A stretch of 64,000 nucleotides of DNA from Vicinamibacterales bacterium. Its GTDB lineage: Bacteria > Acidobacteriota > Vicinamibacteria > Vicinamibacterales > SCN-69-37. Location of the stretch: contig JAWKHR010000008.1 in NCBI GenBank assembly GCA_041394725.1, positions 64,075 through 128,074 on the forward strand, written 5' to 3'. Under the pieces are notes generated by a model, which saw only the letters and a program-made list of their open reading frames with translations, had not been told where the DNA came from and searched no databases. Position numbers and translations under genes: made by a program. This document shows, one piece after another, positions 40,580 to 48,148 of the stretch (the stretch's first letter is position 1; each line of letters opens with the position of its first letter).

Positions 40580-41718
40580 TCATCGCCGGGCGAGCGGGCG
40601 CAGCCGCTTGTCGAGCACGCGGCAGTGCGCCTCCCAGCTGAAGTCCCGCACCACGCGCGCGCGTGCCGCGGCGCCCATGCGGGCGCGGACCTCGGGATCG
40701 GCCAGCGCCTGCAGCGCGCGGTCGAGATCGCGCGGTTCCTTCGGGTCGTAGAGCACGCCCTCGTGGCCGTTGTCGATCAGCCGCTTGAGCCGCGGCAGGG
40801 CCGGGGCGACGACGGGCAGGCCGCTGGCCATGTACTCGAAGATCTTGAGCGGCGACCAGTAGAAGCCCAGCCGCAGCGGGCCGTGGCGGTGCGGGTCGAA
40901 CGGGGCCACGCCGATGTCGGCCGCGGCGAGGCACGCCGGCAGCTCGGCGTGCGGGATCGCGCCCGTGAACGTGATGCCCGGGACGTCGCGCGCCGCGCGC
41001 TCGGCCGCGTGCCGTTCCGGGCCGTCACCGATGAACACCGCGCCGAACCGGTCGTCGCCTGCCTCGTGCAGCCGCGCGAGCGCGGCCGAGAGCTGCACCA
41101 CGCCGTGCCACGACCGGAACGCCCCGGCGAACACGCACGTGATCCGCTCCGGGCTGCGCGAGAAGGGCAGCGGGCCGGTCGCGCCCGGGTGGAACTGCTG
41201 GACGTCGGCGCCCCACTCGACCTCGACCACCCGTCGTCGCTCGACCCAGTCGGGGAGAATCTCGGCGGTCGGGGTGATGAACAGGTCGGTCAGGCGGCAC
41301 AGCCGGTCGCGCCATCGCCGCATCGGCTCGAGGAGCATCGCCTTGTCGAGGCGCGCCTTCACCGAGCCGGGGTAGTCCACGATCGGGGCGTTGACCTCGA
41401 GGACGGCCTTGAGGCCGAGCGCCGCGCGGCGAGGACGCCCTCGCCGCCGAAGTTGTAGTAGCGCTCCATGATGAGGGTCGCGCCGACCCGGCGGGCGAGG
41501 TCCGCCACGGCCCAGGACCGCGCCCAGCGAGCTTGGACCGGCCGAAGGGCGGCGCCATCTCGTGCCACGTGACGGCGCCGCCGGTTCGCCGCCACGCTGC
41601 GTCGCGACGTGCACGTCGTGACCCAGCGCCGCGAGCCCTTCGGCGACCGCCTGGACGTGGACCGATCCGCCCAGCGTGCCAGGTACCGCTGGTCGAGCGC
41701 GACGTACAGGAGTCGCAT
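40580..41718 (-). pseudogene. GT4-family glycosyltransferase with four successive -1 frameshifts in its N-terminal third
   Basis: MRLLYVALDQR (frame A), then VPGTLGGSVHVQAVAEGLAALGHDVHVATQRGGEP (frame B). Next GAVTWHEMAPPFGRSKL (frame C), then RWARSWAVADLARRVGATLIMERYYNFGGEGVLAARR (frame A). Finally LGLKAVLEVNAPIVDYPGS... to the stop (frame B). Confidence 0.75.
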
Positions 41719-41728
41719 CCCTCCAACT

Positions 41729-42784
41729 TTACACGTGCCGGGACGTCCCCTTCCGGCGCACGAGTGCAAAGAATGGCCCGGATCGCAGGCGCCCGAAGAG
41801 CCAGACGTCGAGTTTCATGACCGCCGACAGGACGAGGAGCGCCCCGTAGGTGATCCCCTTCCGTCCGATTCGCGCCTTCGCCGACGTCCGCACCTCCCGC
41901 ACCGCCGCCGGGTCCGACGCCGAAGCGGCCGACAGGCGCCGGGCCGCCCGGCGGGTCAGCGTCTTCTCGACGACCCGGACCAGCACGTTCTCGACGAGCG
42001 CGCCGATGATCGGCGTGTAGTAGGTGAGCCGTTCGATCCGGAACCCGCACTCGTCGAGCACGCGCGCCAGCTCCTCGTGGTCGGCGATCGGGTTCAGGTG
42101 GTCCGACTTGCGGAGCCGCTCCTGGCTGAGGTCGAGCAGGCCCCGTCGTTCGAGCGCGTGCGCGAGCCGGTTGACCAGCCGCAGGCCGCCCGAGATCCAG
42201 CCGTTCCTGCGGACGTGCGTGTAGATGAACAGGGCGCCGTCGTCGGCCAGGACGCGGTTGGCCTCGCCCAGCACGTCGCGGAGGGCCTGGGGCGAGAGGT
42301 GCTCGAGCACGTCGAGCGTCCAGGCCTTGGTGAAGGCGCCGTCGCGCAGCGGCAGCCGGCGGAGGTCACCGAGCAGCAGGCCGAACCGGCCGATCGCGTC
42401 GTGCGCGAAGAACGGGCTGATGTCGATGCCGGTGAGCGTCGCGCCGGTGTCGGTGTTCCAGGCGAGCGCGCGCCCGCTGCCGCAGCCCAGGTCGATCACG
42501 CGGTCGCCGGGACCGAGCCGGAGGAACGTGCGGAGCATGTCGTTGCGGATGCGCGAGCCGAGCAGCGGCGGCGAGATCGACTCGTGGCGCGCGTCCACGT
42601 GGAGTGCCTCGTCGAGGTACTTCGTCTGCTCGTCGAAGGTCGCGCTCGGCCGCAGGTCCAGGTAGCCGCGCTCCGCGGAAAACGCGCGGCCGCAGCCGCC
42701 GCAGCGCGCGCCGTCGCCCTCGGGTGCCAGCGTGCCGCCGCAGTCCGGGCACTGGACGACGTCGAGCAGGCCGGCGGGGATCAT
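41729..42784 (-). CDS. SAM-dependent methyltransferase with an N-terminal Trm112-like zinc ribbon and a C-terminal hydrophobic anchor
   Basis: Zinc ribbon VVQCPDCGGTLAPEGDGARCGGCGRAF. Motif I VIDLGCGSGRA. C-terminal ITYGALLVLSAVMKLDVWLFG. ATG chosen in frame with the track ORF, which runs on upstream to 44179. Confidence 0.8.
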   Translation of the reverse strand: MIPAGLLDVVQCPDCGGTLAPEGDGARCGGCGRAFSAERGYLDLRPSATFDEQTKYLDEALHVDARHESISPPLLGSRIRNDMLRTFLRLGPGDRVIDLGCGSGRALAWNTDTGATLTGIDISPFFAHDAIGRFGLLLGDLRRLPLRDGAFTKAWTLDVLEHLSPQALRDVLGEANRVLADDGALFIYTHVRRNGWISGGLRLVNRLAHALERRGLLDLSQERLRKSDHLNPIADHEELARVLDECGFRIERLTYYTPIIGALVENVLVRVVEKTLTRRAARRLSAASASDPAAVREVRTSAKARIGRKGITYGALLVLSAVMKLDVWLFGRLRSGPFFALVRRKGTSRHV

Positions 42785-42837
42785 GCGGCGGTCGCCGTCG
42801 GCGGGAGTGGTGCGGCGGCTGCCGTCGGCGGGACGAG

Positions 42838-44079
42838 TCACGCGGCGGCGGCCGCCTCCAGCACGGCGTCGAGGCGGCGTGCGCGCTCGTCCCAGGAATA
42901 GGCGGGCGCGAGCGCGGCGGCGGCCCGGGAGAGCCGGGCGAGCAGCGCCGGGTCCGCCGCGAGACGTTCGAGCGCGGCCGCCAGGGCCGCGCTGTCGCCC
43001 GGCGCCACGAGCAGCGCCGTCTCGTCGTCGGTCAGCACCTCGCGGATCGCGGGCAGGTCGGACGCCACGATCGCGCGGCCGAGCGCGAGGTACTCGAACA
43101 GCTTGAGCGGCGACGTGTAGCGCAGGGAGATCGCCGATGCCGTGTTGGGCAGGACGAGGATCGACGCCGCGGCCAGGCGGTTCGCGACCTCGGCCGGTCG
43201 TACCAGGCCGGTGATGTCGACTCGGTCCTCGAGGCCCAGCTCGCCGACGAGTCCCTGGACGCGGTCGAGATCCGCCTCGCCGGGGTGCCCGCCGACGATC
43301 AGGCCACGCACGCCGGGGGCCTCGGCCAGCGCGCGCACGAAGACGTCCACGCCCTTCCACGGGTACAGGTGGCCGGCGTAGGCGGCGACTGGCGGTCCCG
43401 CGGCGGCCGTCGCGCCGGCGGCCACCGGCGGGCCGGCGGTCGCCGAGTCCGCGGCTGGCGCGGCGCCTGGCGCGGCGCCTGGCGCGGCCGGCATGGCCGC
43501 GCCGTCGGGCACGACGAAGACCTCGTCGCGCGGGCCGAAGCGGCCGGCCAGGTCGTCGGCCAGCGCGCTCGTGATGGTCACGTAGGCCGCGGCCCGCCGC
43601 CAGACGCGACGGTCCTGGCGTTCGAGTCGGGCCAGCTTCAGCCGCGACGGGGCCAGCTGCGGCTTGCCGAGCAGCCGCGGCATCTCGGCGGCGACCACCG
43701 ACGAGACGCCATGCGACTCGTACACCACGCGCGGACGGCGCGAGCGGGGCAGGACGAGCAGGAGCGCCGCCACGCCCAGGTCGCGCGTGTAGACGATCGC
43801 GTCGCGCGCGCCCATCGCGCGCCGCGTGGCGCCCAGCAGGAACTTCAGCCGCCGGACCGCCGGCCGCCGCGACGTGCCGATGGTCTCGAAGGTCAACTGG
43901 TCGGTCGGGGGCAGGCCGTAGAACTCGAACGGATCGCGCGGCATCGGCGCCGCATCGGGCCGCGTGACCAGGTGGACGGCATGCCCGGCGGCCGCCAGGG
44001 CCTGGCAGGTCGCCATCGACTGCAGTCCGTTGGCGCGTTCGATCGGGAAGCGGGTGTCGGCGAAGTAGATGACGGTCAC
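42838..44079 (-). CDS. GT4-family glycosyltransferase
   Basis: GTG 44079 (VTVIYFADTRFPIERANGLQSMATCQALAAAGH). C-terminal TSPLKLFEYLALGRAIVASDLPAIRE. Confidence 0.8.
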   Translation of the reverse strand: MTVIYFADTRFPIERANGLQSMATCQALAAAGHAVHLVTRPDAAPMPRDPFEFYGLPPTDQLTFETIGTSRRPAVRRLKFLLGATRRAMGARDAIVYTRDLGVAALLLVLPRSRRPRVVYESHGVSSVVAAEMPRLLGKPQLAPSRLKLARLERQDRRVWRRAAAYVTITSALADDLAGRFGPRDEVFVVPDGAAMPAAPGAAPGAAPAADSATAGPPVAAGATAAAGPPVAAYAGHLYPWKGVDVFVRALAEAPGVRGLIVGGHPGEADLDRVQGLVGELGLEDRVDITGLVRPAEVANRLAAASILVLPNTASAISLRYTSPLKLFEYLALGRAIVASDLPAIREVLTDDETALLVAPGDSAALAAALERLAADPALLARLSRAAAALAPAYSWDERARRLDAVLEAAAAA

Positions 44080-44120
44080 GGCGGCGCGCGTCCGATTGTC
44101 CTTCAAAACCGGGGCCGCCG

Positions 44121-45467
44121 TCAGGGGCGCCGGATCGCGGCGCGATCCCACAGCGAGAAGTTCTGCGGGCTCGGGGCACTCCGCATCGCGCGCAGAATCT
44201 GCGAATCGCCGACGTCCCACAGTCGTTCGTGGTGCAGATCCACGCCGGCCGGCGCGCTGTTCCAGTTCTCGTTCGGGTAGACGAACGCGCCGAGGCCCGC
44301 GACGACCACCGACCACGCGGTCAGCAGCCCAATCACCGCGCGACCCGTCGGTGCCCGCCAGAGGCGCGCGCCGCCCGCCGCGGCAAACGGCGTCGCGAGC
44401 GGCAGCAGGTCGAGCAGGTAGCGCGGCCCCCACGTGTGGCCCGCCCACCAGACCGTGTAGGCCGCGTAGGCCGCGAACTGGACCCCGAGCGCGATGAGCA
44501 GCCACCGCGGCTGCCAGTCCGATCCGCGCAGCGGCCCGACGCCGGCCAGCGCCACGAGGACGACCGGGCTGAAGACGAGCAGCCCGCGGCTGGGCGAGAC
44601 GAGCAGGCCGAGCGCGCCGATCCACGGCGTGCGCGAGAGCGACCCGGCGACGCCGTGCACGACCGGATGCAGCGCCTCGAGCCGTGGCGTCGCGCCGAGC
44701 GGGTGGCCGAACCACCAGAGGTTGGTCGCGACGACCGTCGCGCCGGCGAGCCCGACGACGAGCGCGGGACGGAGGACGGCGCGCGGGCTGGTGCGCGCGG
44801 CGAACCAGGCCAGCAGGACGACGACGAGGGGCGTCACCTGCGGGCGCGCGGCGCCGGCCATCGCGAGGCCCAGTCCCCCGAGCCACGGCGTCGCGCCGCG
44901 GAGCTCGTCGGCCGGCCGTAACCAGGCCCAGAGGGCCAGGGCCAGGCCGAAGGCCACCGTCTCGTGCTGCCACAGCGTCTGGCTGACGAGCGCCCAGTAG
45001 TTCGTGCCGAGGCCGAGCACCATCGTCGTCGCGACCGCCGCGCGCGGCGTCACGAGGCGCAACAGCGCCAGGCAGAGCAGGGCGCACGCCGCCGCCGTCA
45101 GGGTGGACGCGGTGAGCGCCGCGATCAGGTTGGGCGCGAGCGGGGCGTCCATGTCCACGACGCCGGTGCGTTGGAGGATCGTCGCGGGCACCGCGGCGAT
45201 GAGCGCCGGCAGCAGCGGGTAGGCCGAGCGGACGTGTCCCTGGCGGTCGCGCGCGAACGCGGGCCGCTCGCCGAGGCCCGGGAACTGTGCGACGACCGCG
45301 TCCAGGGTGAGCGTGCCCCGCACCGCGACCTCGCGCGCGGTGAACTTCGCCGGCTGCGAATCGGTGGTGCCCGTCTCGCGCCCGTTCAGGTTGTAGACGA
45401 CGAGGAGCAGTGCGAAGACGCCGAGGGCCAGGCGTCGCGCGGACGGGGGCGCCGGCTGGAAGGTCAT
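44121..45467 (-). CDS. Polytopic membrane protein, GT-C-like (first loop NGRETGTTDSQP), hypothetical
   Basis: ATG 45467 overlaps the upstream stop (ATGA). About 11 hydrophobic segments. An acidic/Ser-Asp first loop as in polyprenyl-phosphate-sugar-dependent transferases. Assignment is by architecture only. Confidence 0.6.
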   Translation of the reverse strand: MTFQPAPPSARRLALGVFALLLVVYNLNGRETGTTDSQPAKFTAREVAVRGTLTLDAVVAQFPGLGERPAFARDRQGHVRSAYPLLPALIAAVPATILQRTGVVDMDAPLAPNLIAALTASTLTAAACALLCLALLRLVTPRAAVATTMVLGLGTNYWALVSQTLWQHETVAFGLALALWAWLRPADELRGATPWLGGLGLAMAGAARPQVTPLVVVLLAWFAARTSPRAVLRPALVVGLAGATVVATNLWWFGHPLGATPRLEALHPVVHGVAGSLSRTPWIGALGLLVSPSRGLLVFSPVVLVALAGVGPLRGSDWQPRWLLIALGVQFAAYAAYTVWWAGHTWGPRYLLDLLPLATPFAAAGGARLWRAPTGRAVIGLLTAWSVVVAGLGAFVYPNENWNSAPAGVDLHHERLWDVGDSQILRAMRSAPSPQNFSLWDRAAIRRP

Positions 45468-46900
45468 CGCTGCGGCGGCTGCCGGAAGAACGACGACCGG
45501 TGGGCCAGGTAGCGCCAGGCGATGCCGGGCGCCTCGACGGGCAGTTCGAGAAACACGTCGCGCGCCTGATCCGGGATCGAGAGCCGCTGCCGGTCCATCC
45601 GGTTCAGGCCGAAGAGCGCCATCAGGCCGAGATTCCACCACACGCAGATGCCGAGGACCACGCCGAGGGCGACGCGGGCGCGACGGGTGCGCGCCGCCTC
45701 GAGTGCGGCCGCCACGCCGATGACGAGCAGCGGCGTCGTGCCGACGAAGCGGCGCTGGCCGAACGCGCCGGCCACGGTCCACGACTCGACGCTCCCGGAG
45801 ACGTAGACCTGGCAGGCGAACATGAACAGGGCGACCGCGCCGATCCAGGCCGCCTCGGGCCGGTCGCGCGCGATGCGGCGCGCGGCCAGGCCGGCGAGGC
45901 CCGCCAGGGCCACGAGGCCGAGGGGCGTCCAGGCCAGGAAGCCGAAGTGCGGATCGACGAGCACGCCGCCGGCGTGCGGCGACGTCCAGGTCATCTTCCG
46001 CGCCACGTAGGTGGCCGGGCCGAGCCGGCCGTTGACCGCCCAGTAGCCGGCCAGCTGCGGCGCGAAGGCGACGAGCGTGGCGACCGTGCCGGCGAGCGCC
46101 GCCGTGAGCGCGGCCGCGGGCGACGGGGCGGCTGAGGCCGCCGACGCGGGCACCGGCCGCGCGGACACCGGGGGACCGCCGGCGGCGGCCGCACGCCGGA
46201 GGCCGGTCGCCCACAGCGCGAAGTCCAGCGCGGGACCGGCGGCGAAGAACACGTCCTGCTCGCGCACCATCGCCATGAGCCCCGCCGACAGGCCGAGCCA
46301 GACGACGTCCCGGAGGGCCCAGCGCCGGCGCGCGCGCAGCCACAGCCACACGAAGAGCGACACGGCGAAGGCCGACGCGGCGTGCGAGAAGGGGGGCGCG
46401 ACGTAGACGTAGAACAGCAGCGGCGTGCCGGCCGCCACCAGCAGGCTGGCCGAGAGGCCGCGGCCGACGACCTGGCGCGCGATCGCCGCCGAGAGCAGGA
46501 CGGCCAGGAAGCCGTAGCAGGCCGATCCAATCGCGACGGCCGAGACGTAGGGCTGGCTGTAGCCGTCGGCCGGCGCCCCCGTCGTGAGCGCGACCAGGTG
46601 GCCGACCGCGTAGAACGGCGCCCAGAGCAGCGCGCTGCCGAGCGGCGCGAACGTCACGGGCCGGCCCGTCGCGGTCCGCCGGTCCGGCGCGAGGAACGTC
46701 TCGGCGAAGCCCGGGTCGGGGACGACCGTGTCGTGGAAGTGGCGGAACTCGTTCTCGAAGTCCGCGTCGTGGTCGAAGGCGAGCGACCGCAGCCACGAGA
46801 AGTACTGCACCTCGTCGGACGCGTAGAGCCGCTTCGTGACGGCCGGCAGCGTCACGAGGAACGCGAGCGCGAGGACGAGGATCTCCCGTCGGGTCAGCAT
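45464..46900 (-). CDS. GT-C-like polytopic membrane protein, short member of the same family as 33436..35469
   Basis: Shares the loop motifs LYASDEVQYFSWLRSLAFDHDADFENEF, TATGRP...LGSALLWAPFYAVGHL and DGYSQPY. Lacks the C-terminal beta-rich domain. Confidence 0.65.
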   Translation of the reverse strand: MLTRREILVLALAFLVTLPAVTKRLYASDEVQYFSWLRSLAFDHDADFENEFRHFHDTVVPDPGFAETFLAPDRRTATGRPVTFAPLGSALLWAPFYAVGHLVALTTGAPADGYSQPYVSAVAIGSACYGFLAVLLSAAIARQVVGRGLSASLLVAAGTPLLFYVYVAPPFSHAASAFAVSLFVWLWLRARRRWALRDVVWLGLSAGLMAMVREQDVFFAAGPALDFALWATGLRRAAAAGGPPVSARPVPASAASAAPSPAAALTAALAGTVATLVAFAPQLAGYWAVNGRLGPATYVARKMTWTSPHAGGVLVDPHFGFLAWTPLGLVALAGLAGLAARRIARDRPEAAWIGAVALFMFACQVYVSGSVESWTVAGAFGQRRFVGTTPLLVIGVAAALEAARTRRARVALGVVLGICVWWNLGLMALFGLNRMDRQRLSIPDQARDVFLELPVEAPGIAWRYLAHRSSFFRQPPQR

Positions 46901-46907
46901 CGCGGCC

Positions 46908-47723
46908 TCATCCCGCGCCGAGCGCGCGCGCCAGCGCGGCCTGCAGGACCTGCGCGCCGTTGAAGCCGGCGTGGTTGACCATCGGGATCACGAGCGAGCG
47001 CCGGCGCGCGTAGACGAGGCCCCAGAACAGGCCGAGCGTGCCAATCGCGATCGCGACGTCCACGCCCTGGTCCACGTGCAGGGCCCCGAAGAGCACCGTG
47101 AAGAGTGCGAGGCCCACGCGGATGCCACCGAGCCGCTGGTCGAACCGGTGGAGGATGAACGCGCGCTGCAGCTCCTCTCGCACCCCGCCGGCGAGCACCG
47201 CGACGACGAAGAAGACGGCGGTGTCGACGGGGGTCTGCATGAACGCGTCGAGCGGGCTCTGCTCGACGGTGTGGAGGCCGGGGAAGACGGCGCGCAGCGT
47301 GAGCACGATTGCGCCGACGCCGAGGAAGACGACCGGCACGAGGGCGAGGCCGAGGGCGATCTGCCGGCCGAACGGCTGGCGGCCGAGGAACACGTCGCGG
47401 GCCGACTCGCGGCTGACCGTGAGGAACCAGAGGATCAACGCGGCAATCAGGGCGGTGTCGACGAAGGCGACGATGGCGAAGAACTCGAGCGAGAGCGCGC
47501 CATCCTGGGAGGGGCGCAGGCCGGCGGCGAGCGCCGCGATGGCCAGCACGATCTGGGTCGGCACGCCGCTGACGAGTACGACCTGGGCGAGGGCGGCCAG
47601 GCGCGAGACGGGTGGACCGGGGTCGGCCGGGGCAGGGGCCGCGCCGGCGGCGGCGTCCGGATCCGGCACCACCGCCTCTGGCGCTGGCTCGTCGAGGGGC
47701 GCCCCGTCGACCGTGGGTTCCAC
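46908..47723 (-). CDS. CPBP-family intramembrane glutamic endopeptidase (CAAX protease-like)
   Basis: GGVREELQRAF (EE..R motif), FGALH (FxxxH), HAGFN (HxxxN). Multiple TM segments. First gene of the minus-strand glycan operon. Confidence 0.8.
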   Translation of the reverse strand: MEPTVDGAPLDEPAPEAVVPDPDAAAGAAPAPADPGPPVSRLAALAQVVLVSGVPTQIVLAIAALAAGLRPSQDGALSLEFFAIVAFVDTALIAALILWFLTVSRESARDVFLGRQPFGRQIALGLALVPVVFLGVGAIVLTLRAVFPGLHTVEQSPLDAFMQTPVDTAVFFVVAVLAGGVREELQRAFILHRFDQRLGGIRVGLALFTVLFGALHVDQGVDVAIAIGTLGLFWGLVYARRRSLVIPMVNHAGFNGAQVLQAALARALGAG

Positions 47724-47859
47724 GGCTACTGACTCTATCCCGTCGGCCGGTTCGTGCCCCGGGCGGCGAGTGGCGCGGGCGGAAAAAGACTCCCGGTGTC
47801 GTTTTGCAGCGGGCGGTAAAATAGGGCAGTTGCAGGAACCACAGTACTGACGGCCCCGA

Positions 47860-47907
47860 GCTCCATATGTGGCGTCCGCCGGTCGTCACAGACACAATAC
47901 TTGGTAG
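47860..47907 (+). promoter_or_regulatory. Two weak NrdR-box-like 16-mers, 32 bp apart
   Basis: gctCcAtATgTgGcgt (47860-47875) and acaCaAtAcTtgGtag (47892-47907). They match about 10-11 of 16 positions of the NrdR-box palindrome acaCwAtATaTwGtgt. Confidence 0.25.
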
Positions 47908-47918
47908 TTTCAGTATTG
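47895..47918. promoter_or_regulatory. Inverted repeat CAATACT-N10-AGTATTG overlapping the nrdJ -35 box (candidate operator)
   Basis: Perfect 7-bp arms. The right arm shares 3 nt with TTGACA. Confidence 0.35.
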
Positions 47919-47944
47919 ACATCGCGAAGCCCGGGGAGCATATT
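47916..47944 (+). promoter_or_regulatory. Candidate sigma-70-type promoter of nrdJ
   Basis: Perfect TTGACA - 17 nt - CATATT inside the only AT-rich patch of the intergenic region. It would give a ~200-nt leader. Confidence 0.45.
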
Positions 47945-48148
47945 CGTTCGCCGGCAGCGCAACAGCCGATCGGCGGAATCATCCCAGGATTTCGTCGGAA
48001 GACACCGCGCCCGGAGGGTCCGGGTGCGGGGTGGGGGTGGTACCCCCACGGTTGCGGCGTCGGCAAAATCCGGCCGCAGAGGCATCGACGGCGACGGCCG
48101 CGTTCAGGGGCAAACGGGCTGTCGTGTACGGGAAGTTGGAGGCAGGGC

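Noticed and set aside
47951-48148. A possible cobalamin riboswitch in the nrdJ leader, suggested by GGAA, GGTG and CCCCCACGGT-like strings.
   Set aside because: I could not find the B12 box (AGYCMGGAGACCKGCC-like), the GCCACTG core or the GGGAAGGC element. In addition, B12 riboswitches normally repress B12-independent RNRs, not nrdJ. I left it as an unclassified structured leader.
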